Below the pieces are notes generated by a model that saw only the letters and a program-made list of their open reading frames with translations, searched no databases and was not told where the DNA came from. The translations under genes and the position numbers were made by a program. From Thermoanaerobaculia bacterium (lineage in GTDB: Bacteria; Acidobacteriota; Thermoanaerobaculia; UBA5066): a stretch of DNA of 64,000 bases. Positions 26,501 to 33,998 of this stretch are shown in pieces; positions within the stretch are counted from its first letter, which is position 1, and each line of letters opens with the position of its first letter. The stretch is taken from NCBI GenBank assembly GCA_046331465.1, contig JAXLQV010000001.1, positions 2,070,472-2,134,471 of the forward strand. The letters are read 5' to 3'.

Positions 26501-28154
26501 GAGACGAGAACGAGGCGATCGTGTCCCCGCCGGCTGCGGTCGAAAGCGTCACGTTGGCCGGGAGGCTCCCGGCGATCGTGTTCCGGTCCGCGAGCGAAAT
26601 GAAGACCGTCGGGACCGTCACCTGCGTCGTTCCCGTCGCCCCCATGATGATGGGGTTCGGGTCGCCGACGACGTTGTTCGCGATGATGACACCGATCGCG
26701 CCCGCGGCCTGCGCGTTGACCGCCTTGACCTGGAAGCCGCAGGTGCCGCGATCGACGAGGGCGATGTTGCCGGCGACGGCGGCGGCATTGGTGAGGGCGG
26801 AGCAGCCGTCCGTCGTCAGCGGTCCGGCGCCGTCCGCCGGGTCGAGCGCCACGACGACGTTCGCCGTCTGGCCGGACGGCGTCGGCGCCGGAGTCGGCGC
26901 GAACGAGTTCGCGTAGGAGGCGTAATAGGGTCCCGCGATGCCGGCCGGAGAGTTCACCTGGAGGAGGCCGACGGACTCACCCGAGTCGACCGACGCGGCC
27001 GTCGAGATGACCCTCGAGCCCACGCCCGGCGAGCCGGTGATGAACGTCGTGTCTCCCGCGTTCCCTGCCGACGCCACGACCACGATGCCCGCGAGGGCCG
27101 CGTCGTCGGCCGCCTGCGCCGTCGTGGTTGCGAGGCTTCCGAAGTTCGAGCCGAGCGACATGTTGATGACGTCGAGGTGGTCGGAGAGGTCGCCGTCCCC
27201 GTTGGGGTCGGTCGCCCAGTCGATCCCCTGGACCGTGATGCTCGTCGAACCGGTGCAGCCGAAGACGCGGATCGCGTACAGGCTCGCCTGCGGCGCAACG
27301 CCCGGCCCGACGCGGAGCGAGGCGAAGGGCGTGGACGCGTCGAACGGTCCGGGGTACGTCGCGCCGGCGCTCGTCACGCCATACCCGGCCGCGGTCCCTG
27401 AGACGTGCGTGCCGTGCCCGTTGCAGTCCATCGGGTCGGCGTCGGGCGCGAGCGTCGCGGCGCTTCCCGTGTAGGAGTCGCCGGCGAGATCGATCCCGCC
27501 GACGACCTTGGCCGTCGGGAAGTAGGCGTCCGGCGCGACGGTCCGGTCATTCGCCTGGTAGTCAGCCAGCAGTCCCGTACCGCCGAAGGTCGGGTGCTGG
27601 TAATCGATTCCGGTGTCGATGATCCCGATCCGGATCCCGGCTCCCGTGACGGTCGACGGAAGGCCGAGCGTGTTCCCCCAGAGGCTCGGCGCCCCGAGGA
27701 ACGGCACGCTCGTCGAGTTCGTCGGGAACTCCGGCTCGATGACGTGGACCTTCCGGACGCCGGGAAGCCTCGCGATCGCCTGCAGCTTCGAGGCATCCAC
27801 CTCGACGGCCACTCCATTGAACGCCCTGCCGACGCTGAAGAACTCCCGCCCGCCGATCTTCGGGTCGCGCAGGAGCGCCGAGACGGCGCGCAGAGAGCTC
27901 GCGTTCGCGGTGGTCTGGTTCCTTCCCGCCGCGATCGCCGCCGGCTTGCCCAGGCCCTTCTTGAGTGCCTCGCCGTACACGCGGGCGGCCGGCGGATCCA
28001 TGAGCTCGACGAGAACCGCGATTCTCCCTGTTCCCGACGACTGGACCGCGATTTCCTCGTGTTCCTGACCGAGTGCAGGTGCCACGACGCCCGTGCAGAT
28101 CGCCATCGCCGCACCGAACAGGATGACCCGAAGACTGTTCAGGGAAAGGCGCAT
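23571..28154 (-). CDS. giant secreted subtilisin-family (S8) serine protease with PA-like insert, large middle region, three DUF11-type repeats and a C-terminal hydrophobic sorting-like tail
   Basis: 1527 aa. Signal peptide [29 protein letters not shown]. Catalytic triad motifs [19 protein letters not shown] and [16 protein letters not shown]. DUF11-like repeats (e.g. [36 protein letters not shown]). The tail [29 protein letters not shown] resembles IPTL-CTERM-type anchors. Confidence 0.85.
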   Translation of the reverse strand: [1527 protein letters not shown]

Positions 28155-28262
28155 ACCCTCTTCTCCTCCGAAGGGCGATTTCTATCACACGAGACGGGGC
28201 CGGGAGTCGCTCGAGAGCTCTTGAATCGACCGGGCCTGCGGCGCCCCCCTGGGGTCCCCGGC

Positions 28263-29912
28263 TCAGAACACCTTGCCGAGCTTCGTCGCGATCTTCGAGA
28301 CCTTCACGTAGCCGAAGAACCGGCCGCTCGACAGGAGGCCGAGGCCGTCCGTCACCTTCGTCCGGGCGTCCCGGGCGTAGAGGAGGCCGAACGCCTTCTT
28401 CATGAAGTCCTGGAAGGCGCCGTCGTAGGGGTACCACCAGGGAGCCGCCGTGGAGTCCTGCAGGTCGACGCTGACGTGCTTGACGTTGACGAGCTCCATG
28501 AGTCCGTGGACGCCGTGGCTCCGCCCGATCCCGGACTTCCCGAGGCCGCCCCAGGTCGCCGTCGGCTCGCCGAAGGAGAAGAGGTGGTCGTTGATCGTGA
28601 CCGTCCCGGCCCGCAGCTCCTCGACGAGCTTCTGGGCCGTCCTCGTCGAGCGGGTCCAGCCCGAGGCCGTCAGGCCGAACTCGGAGTCGTTCGCGAGGGC
28701 GATCGCCTCGTCGAGGCCGTCGACGACGACGATCGGGAGGACGGGGCCGAACGTCTCCTCGCGCATCACGCGCATCGCGTGGGTCGCCCCGACGAGGACC
28801 GTCGGGGGGAACCAGTACCCCTTCGCGACCGGCTTCTCCCCGCCGGTGAGCGCCGTCGCCCCCTGCGCGAGCGCCTCGCGGACCTGCGCGTCGACGAAAT
28901 CCCGCTGCTCGGCCGTCGTCATCGGGCCGACGTCCGTCGCCGCGGCGAGGGGGTCCCCCTGCCGGAGCCGGCGCGTCTTCTCGACGACCTTCGCGATCAG
29001 CTCGTCCGCGACGCCCTTCACGGCGTAGACGCGCTCGATCGACCCGCACGCCTGCCCCGCGTTCGCGAAGGCGCCCCAGACGAGGCCGCTCGCCGTCCGG
29101 TCGAGGTCGGCGTCGGCCGCGACGACGGCGGCGTCCTTTCCCCCCAGCTCGAGGACGAAGGGCGTGACGTTCCTCGAGGCCTTCCGCATGACGTGCGAGC
29201 CGACCTCGACCGAGCCGGTGAAGAGGATCTTCGCGATCCCGGGGTGGTCGAGGAGGTGGTCGACGTCGGCCCCCGAAGCCGTGACGACGTTCACGACGCC
29301 GGGCGGGAGGCCCGCCTTCCGGCAGAGCTCGCCGATGGCGAGGCCCGTCTGCGCCGTCGCCGAGGCGGGCTTGAGGACGACCGTGTTCCCGGCCGCGAGG
29401 CACGCCGCGAGCTCGACCATCGGGATCGCGAACGGGAAGTTCCAGGGGGTGATGACCGCGATGACGCCGAGAGGCTCGTAGCGGAACGAGGCCGCCTTGT
29501 GGGCGAAGAGGATCTGCTCGTAGTCGACCGGCTTCGTGGCGAGGAGCTCCTCCGCGAAGCGGGAGAGGTAGCGGAGGGCGTCGGCGGCGGGGACGAGGTC
29601 CAGCGCCCGGGCCTCGGCGATCGGCTTCCCCTGCTCGAGGGCGATCAGGTGCGCGAGCTCGTCGTGGGACCTCCGGAGCGCCTCGAGGAGGTTCGAGAGG
29701 TGCTTCTGGCGCTCCTTCGGGCTGCGGGCCCCCCAGTGGAGGAAGGCCTTCCGCGCGGCCGCCACCGCCGCGTCGATCTCCTCCGGGCCGGCCCTCTGGA
29801 TCTCGGCGAGCTTCCCGCCCGTCGACGGGTTCCTCGTGTGGAAGGTCTTCCCCGTCGCGACGTCGAGACCGTCGATGATCGGGCCCGTCGGCAGGGTGAG
29901 CCCCCGCTTCAA
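28263..29912 (-). CDS. aldehyde dehydrogenase family protein with ~70-aa C-terminal extension
   Basis: 549 aa from TTG 29912 (TTGA overlap with the upstream stop; residue 239 of track ORF 28263..30626). ITPWNFP, FTGSVEVG, LELGGKD, catalytic-Cys region FANAGQACGSIER, EETFGPVL. The extra tail is AAPWWYPYDG...FFGYVKVSKIATKLGKVF. Confidence 0.88.
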   Translation of the reverse strand: MKRGLTLPTGPIIDGLDVATGKTFHTRNPSTGGKLAEIQRAGPEEIDAAVAAARKAFLHWGARSPKERQKHLSNLLEALRRSHDELAHLIALEQGKPIAEARALDLVPAADALRYLSRFAEELLATKPVDYEQILFAHKAASFRYEPLGVIAVITPWNFPFAIPMVELAACLAAGNTVVLKPASATAQTGLAIGELCRKAGLPPGVVNVVTASGADVDHLLDHPGIAKILFTGSVEVGSHVMRKASRNVTPFVLELGGKDAAVVAADADLDRTASGLVWGAFANAGQACGSIERVYAVKGVADELIAKVVEKTRRLRQGDPLAAATDVGPMTTAEQRDFVDAQVREALAQGATALTGGEKPVAKGYWFPPTVLVGATHAMRVMREETFGPVLPIVVVDGLDEAIALANDSEFGLTASGWTRSTRTAQKLVEELRAGTVTINDHLFSFGEPTATWGGLGKSGIGRSHGVHGLMELVNVKHVSVDLQDSTAAPWWYPYDGAFQDFMKKAFGLLYARDARTKVTDGLGLLSSGRFFGYVKVSKIATKLGKVF

Positions 29913-31042
29913 ATCATCGCCCCCCGGGTGATCTTCTCGACGTGCCTGCGGTAGAACGCGACGAGGTTCTGGGCGTAGTCGGTGAAGCGCGGGCAGGAGA
30001 CGCCGAACTGCGCGAGGTCGGCGGCCGCCTGGCTGTTGTCGTACCAGGCCGGGTGGTCGAAGTACTCCACGGTCACCGCGGGCATGCCGAAGTAGCTCTG
30101 CACCGCCTTCGGCGAGAAGAGGAGCTTTGCGAGCATCGTCGGGACGGGGACGTAGAGGAACTGCTTGCCGATCGCCTTCGCGAAGAGCTCCTCGATCTCG
30201 TAGGCCGAGAGGGGCGTCGGGTCGGTCAGGTGGTAGGTCTTCCCCACCGAGCCTTCCCACGTCGAGAGCCGCGCGATCCCCTCGAGGACGTAGTCGACCG
30301 GCACGAGGTTGACGGGCGCCGTGCCCGAGCCGACCTTCACGAAGACGCCGGGGGACGGCAGCTGGCGCATCGCGTTCAGGGCGAAGTAGGGGCCGTCGAA
30401 CTTGGCCGTCTCGCCGGTCTTCGAGTCGCCGACGACGATCGCCGGGCGGTACGTCGACGTCGGGAGCGCGCTCGCCTTGACCGCCTCCTCGGCGAGGAAC
30501 TTCGTCTCCTCGTAGTAGTTCTTGAACGACTGCCCGACGTCGAGGTCCGTCTCGCGGTAGACGCCGACGGCCGTGCCCGAGACGTACGCCGTGGAGACGT
30601 AGTCGAAGCGGGTCAGGTGCGGGCACTCCTCGAGGAACGCGAGGACGTTCCGCGTCCCCTCGACGTTGATCCGCATCCCGACCTCGCGCGGGACGGCGAG
30701 GTCGTAGACGGCCGCGAGGTGGTAGCAGCCGTTCAGCTTCCGGTGGAGGAGGCGCGCCTCGGTCTCGCCGATGCCGAGGCCCGGGGCCGTGATGTCGCCG
30801 ACGACGAGCTCGATCCGCCCCTTCGTCCCCGGGTGCGCCTCGGCGAGCTGCTCGACGGACGTGCGCGCGAGGTCGAGGAACTTCTCCTGCACGAGACAGT
30901 GGAAGACGGTGTCGGGCTTCAGCTCGAGGAGCCGCGGGATGAGGCGGGCCCCGATGAACCCGGGGAACCCGGTGAAGAGGACGACGTGGGAGGACGCGGC
31001 GGGAGTCGGACGCGCTTTCTTCGTGGCCATTCCGTGCCTCAC
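29909..31042 (-). CDS. SDR-type thioester/fatty acyl-CoA reductase-like protein (NAD_binding_4 family)
   Basis: 377 aa. Rossmann VLFTGFPGFIGARL, YVSTAYV, active-site YYEETK (YxxxK), RPAIVVGDSKTG. The start is either GTG 31042 or ATG 31030 (the latter has GAGG 6 nt upstream). Confidence 0.75.
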   Translation of the reverse strand: MRHGMATKKARPTPAASSHVVLFTGFPGFIGARLIPRLLELKPDTVFHCLVQEKFLDLARTSVEQLAEAHPGTKGRIELVVGDITAPGLGIGETEARLLHRKLNGCYHLAAVYDLAVPREVGMRINVEGTRNVLAFLEECPHLTRFDYVSTAYVSGTAVGVYRETDLDVGQSFKNYYEETKFLAEEAVKASALPTSTYRPAIVVGDSKTGETAKFDGPYFALNAMRQLPSPGVFVKVGSGTAPVNLVPVDYVLEGIARLSTWEGSVGKTYHLTDPTPLSAYEIEELFAKAIGKQFLYVPVPTMLAKLLFSPKAVQSYFGMPAVTVEYFDHPAWYDNSQAAADLAQFGVSCPRFTDYAQNLVAFYRRHVEKITRGAMI

Positions 31043-31052
31043 TTTTCCCGTG

Positions 31053-31058
31053 AGTCTA
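31053..31058 (-). promoter_or_regulatory. -10-like box TAGACT built on the pabC stop codon, upstream of the reductase gene
   Basis: Minus strand reads CTC-TAG-ACT, where TAG is the pabC stop. It lies 10 nt before GTG 31042 and 22 nt before ATG 31030. Confidence 0.4.
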
Positions 31059-31835
31059 GAGCTTTTTCTGCATCGCGGCGTCGCCCCGGAGCCGCTCCCG
31101 GAACGTCTCGCAGGCCCGGAGCATCGCCGGGGGGAGCGCGCAGGCGGCCCCGTCGAGCGAGAGGAGCGGAGCGGCCGTCGTCAGCGACCCGACGAGGAGC
31201 GCCCCGGAGAGGAGCTCGTCCCGGGAGAGCCCGCGCCGCTCCCCCGCCCCGTCGAGGAACGCCTCGGTCGTGACGGACGGGAGCGCCCCCGGGCCGAGGC
31301 CGGCGAGGCGTCCCCCGTTCCACGCGACGATCCCCGTCGAGGCGCCTTCCACGTAGAGCCCGCCCTCCCGGAAGAGGGCCTCGTCCCCGCCCGCGCGCTT
31401 CGCGTGGCGCAGCGCCGCCACGGCCCCGAAGTAGCTCGTCGACTTGTAGCCGGGCGAGTCGCGCCGGAGCCGCTCCGGCGCCGTCACGGCCCGCGAGCCC
31501 GAACGGCGGGAGAGGGTGTTCGGCGGGATCGCCCGGACCGACGCGTCCAGCCGCCACGACGCGGGCGACTCGAGGTCGGGTCCCACCGCGATCCAGGAGA
31601 GGCGGAGGGCCCGCTCCCCGGGTCCGTCCTCGGCGTCGCCGAGCGCCGCCCGGGCCCCCGACTCGATCGCCTCGCCGGACGGGGCCGGGAGGTCCAGCTC
31701 CGCGAGGGTCCGGAGGAGGCGCCGGACGTGCGGTTCCCAGAGCACCGCGCGCCGTCCGAGGAGGAGGAGCGTCTCGAAGAAGCCGAAGCCCCGCTCCACG
31801 GCGGGGGCGTCGAATGAGACGGTCTCAGGGCTCAT
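31056..31835 (-). CDS. pabC: class IV aminotransferase fold protein, aminodeoxychorismate lyase-like
   Basis: Last 259 aa of track ORF 31056..32645, from ATG 31835 (ATGA overlap with the pabB stop). GFGFFETL, GYKSTSY (Lys region), and its position after pabB. Confidence 0.65.
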   Translation of the reverse strand: MSPETVSFDAPAVERGFGFFETLLLLGRRAVLWEPHVRRLLRTLAELDLPAPSGEAIESGARAALGDAEDGPGERALRLSWIAVGPDLESPASWRLDASVRAIPPNTLSRRSGSRAVTAPERLRRDSPGYKSTSYFGAVAALRHAKRAGGDEALFREGGLYVEGASTGIVAWNGGRLAGLGPGALPSVTTEAFLDGAGERRGLSRDELLSGALLVGSLTTAAPLLSLDGAACALPPAMLRACETFRERLRGDAAMQKKL

Positions 31836-33043
31836 GGGACCTCGCTGGGGCGCGCCGCGGCGGCGAGCGCCCGGAAGAACTCGCGGGACTTCGTCTCGGT
31901 CTCCGCCCACTCGAGGAGGGGGTCCGAGTCCCAGACGATCCCGCCTCCGGCATGGTAGGCGACGGCGCACCCGTCGACCCGGGCCGTCCGGATGGCGACG
32001 TTGAAGACGGCCCTGCCGTCTCCCCGGACGTAGCCGGCCGCTCCCGTGTAGGGTCCGCGCGCGACGGGCTCGAGCCTCCGGATGAAGCCGAGCGCGGCCC
32101 GCTTCGGGGCACCGGTGATCGAGCCTCCCGGGAGCGTCGCGGCGAGGAGCTCCGCGAGGCGGGCCCCGGGCCGGAGCGTCCCGGCGACCGTCGACTCGAG
32201 GTGGTGGAGGTGCCGGAAGCTCCGGACGGAACGGAAGTCGGGGACGTGGACGCTCCCCGCATCGCAGACGCGGCCCAGGTCGTTCCGGACGAGGTCGACG
32301 ATCATCAGGTGCTCCGCGGCGTCCTTCTCCGAGCCGAGGAGCGCGGCCCGGGCCGTCTCCTCGGAGCCGCCGAGGAGGCGCGGGACGGTCCCCTTGATCG
32401 GCGACGAGGCGACCCGGCGCGTGGCGAGGTCGACGTCGAGGAAGAGCTCGGGCGAGTTCGACACGACCGCCCCCTCCTCCGTCTCGACGCAGATCGGCCA
32501 GGGGACCGGGTTGTCGTCCCGGAGGAGTTCCGCGAGGCGGCGCGGCGCGACGGCGAGAGCGCGCGTGACCCGGCGCGTCAGGTTCGCCTGGTAGAGGTCG
32601 CCCCTCGCGATTCCCTGCCGGATCGCCTCGACGGCGGCCGACCACTCCGCGAGGCCCATTTCCCCGGAAGGCGTTCCTCCGGGAGAGTCCGGCGGATCCC
32701 GGTCGGAAACGCCGGGGAGGGCGCCGCCTGCGGAATCGTCGGCGGCTGCCGCGCGGAGGGCCGCGGCGAGGTCGTAGAGCCCGAACCAGGCGAGCGGCGT
32801 CGGCGGGGGTCGGAAGAGCCGCGTCGAGCCCTCGAGCGCCACCCCGGCCTCGTACGTCAGGAAACCCGCCGCGATCCTCCCGCTTCGCCCCGAGGCGGCG
32901 ACGGCGTCGAGCCAGGCGAGGAGGCCCGGCAGCTCCTCCGGTCGATCCGCAGGCACCGAGCGGACCTCGACCGGGTCGCGGAGGTCGAGGGGATCCGGGA
33001 GCCGCCAGCCGGAGCCGCGGAGGAGGACGGAGTCGCGGGGCAC
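31832..33043 (-). CDS. pabB: aminodeoxychorismate synthase component I (chorismate-binding enzyme family)
   Basis: 403 aa. GDLYQANLTRR, SNSPELFL, SSPIKGT, EKDAAEHLMIVDLVRND, LPGGSITGAPK, RGPYTGAAGY. GTG start at 33043. Confidence 0.8.
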   Translation of the reverse strand: MPRDSVLLRGSGWRLPDPLDLRDPVEVRSVPADRPEELPGLLAWLDAVAASGRSGRIAAGFLTYEAGVALEGSTRLFRPPPTPLAWFGLYDLAAALRAAAADDSAGGALPGVSDRDPPDSPGGTPSGEMGLAEWSAAVEAIRQGIARGDLYQANLTRRVTRALAVAPRRLAELLRDDNPVPWPICVETEEGAVVSNSPELFLDVDLATRRVASSPIKGTVPRLLGGSEETARAALLGSEKDAAEHLMIVDLVRNDLGRVCDAGSVHVPDFRSVRSFRHLHHLESTVAGTLRPGARLAELLAATLPGGSITGAPKRAALGFIRRLEPVARGPYTGAAGYVRGDGRAVFNVAIRTARVDGCAVAYHAGGGIVWDSDPLLEWAETETKSREFFRALAAAARPSEVP

Positions 33044-33063
33044 GCTCGCGTAGTCTACGGAGC
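33044..33063. promoter_or_regulatory. 20-bp divergent intergenic region with one palindromic -10-like element (TAGTCTA)
   Basis: The region reads gctcgcgTAGTCTAcggagc. Plus strand: TAGTCT-7 nt-GTG (thioesterase). Minus strand: TAGACT-8 nt-GTG (pabB). Confidence 0.4.
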
Positions 33064-33483
33064 GTGGAGAACGGACGCTGGGTCGAGACCGAGGTGAAGG
33101 TCCGCTACGCGGAGACCGACGCGCAGGGGGTCGTCTACCACGGCTCCTACGTCGTCTGGTTCGAGGTCGGGCGGACGGAGTACTGCGATGCCGCCGGCTA
33201 CCCGTACGCGCGGATGGAAGCCGAGGGCGTGAACATCGTCGTGAGCGACCTCGCGGCCCGCTTCCGCCGCCCGACGCGCTACGGCGACACGGTTCGCGTC
33301 TCGACGCGGCTCGCCGCGCTCCGGAGCCGCGGCTGTACGTTCGCGTACCGGATCACCCTTCCCGACGGCAGCGTGGCCGTCGAGGGAGAGACGATCCACC
33401 TCTTCGTCGACCGGGCGTCGGGGCGGCCCACCGCCGTGCCGGAGCCGGTCCGGGCCGCGCTCTCCGCGTTCGCGGCGAGCTGA
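33064..33483 (+). CDS. acyl-CoA thioesterase, YbgC/4HBT hotdog family
   Basis: 139 aa. VRYAETDAQGVVYHGSYVVWFEVGRTE carries the catalytic Asp motif of the YbgC/FcoT-type hotdog fold. Confidence 0.8.
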   Translation: MENGRWVETEVKVRYAETDAQGVVYHGSYVVWFEVGRTEYCDAAGYPYARMEAEGVNIVVSDLAARFRRPTRYGDTVRVSTRLAALRSRGCTFAYRITLPDGSVAVEGETIHLFVDRASGRPTAVPEPVRAALSAFAAS

Positions 33484-33487
33484 GGGG

Positions 33488-33982
33488 TCAGGTCTTCGGG
33501 CCGCCGTTCGGGAGCTTCTTGCGGAGCTCGCGGTAGACGAGAGGCGGAACGAGCGGGGAGACGTCGCCTCCGAGCCGGTGGACCTCCTTGACGAGGCGGC
33601 TCGAGAGGTACGAGAGCTCCTCCTTCGGCGTCAGGAAGACCGTCTCCACCTCGGGGTCGAGGCGGCGGTTCATGAGCGCCATCTGGAACTCGTACTCGAA
33701 GTCGGAGACGACGCGCAGCCCGCGCAGGACGATGTTCGTCTTCTCGCTCCGGAGGAAGTCGACGAGGAGCCCGGAGAAGGCCTTCACCTTCACCTTCGGC
33801 TCCCGCCTGAAGACGTCGCGGGTCATCCGGATCCGCTCGTCGACGGTGAAGAGCGGCGCCTTCTCCGTGTTGCAGAGGACGGCGACGAGCACCCTGTCGA
33901 AGATGTGGCAGCCGCGGCGGACGAGGTCGACGTGCCCGTTCGTCATCGGGTCGAACGAGCCCGGGTAGACGGCGATTCGCAT
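33488..33982 (-). CDS. coaD: phosphopantetheine adenylyltransferase
   Basis: 164 aa. YPGSFDPMTNGHVDL (HxGH-type motif), RGLRVVSDFEYE, SSRLVKE. Confidence 0.93.
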   Translation of the reverse strand: MRIAVYPGSFDPMTNGHVDLVRRGCHIFDRVLVAVLCNTEKAPLFTVDERIRMTRDVFRREPKVKVKAFSGLLVDFLRSEKTNIVLRGLRVVSDFEYEFQMALMNRRLDPEVETVFLTPKEELSYLSSRLVKEVHRLGGDVSPLVPPLVYRELRKKLPNGGPKT

Positions 33983-33992
33983 CGGAGCGGGG

Positions 33993-33998
33993 ATTCTA
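33993..33998 (-). promoter_or_regulatory. -10 box TAGAAT built on the permease stop codon, 10 nt upstream of the coaD ATG (leaderless or very short leader)
   Basis: Minus strand reads GG-TAG-AAT-CCCCGCTCCG-ATG, where TAG is the stop of the permease gene at 33996. Confidence 0.45.

Noticed and set aside
33064-33483. YbgC-like thioesterase as the first gene of the Tol-Pal cluster
   Set aside because: It is 8 kb away from tolQ and separated from it by six unrelated minus-strand genes. It is called only a generic 4HBT thioesterase.
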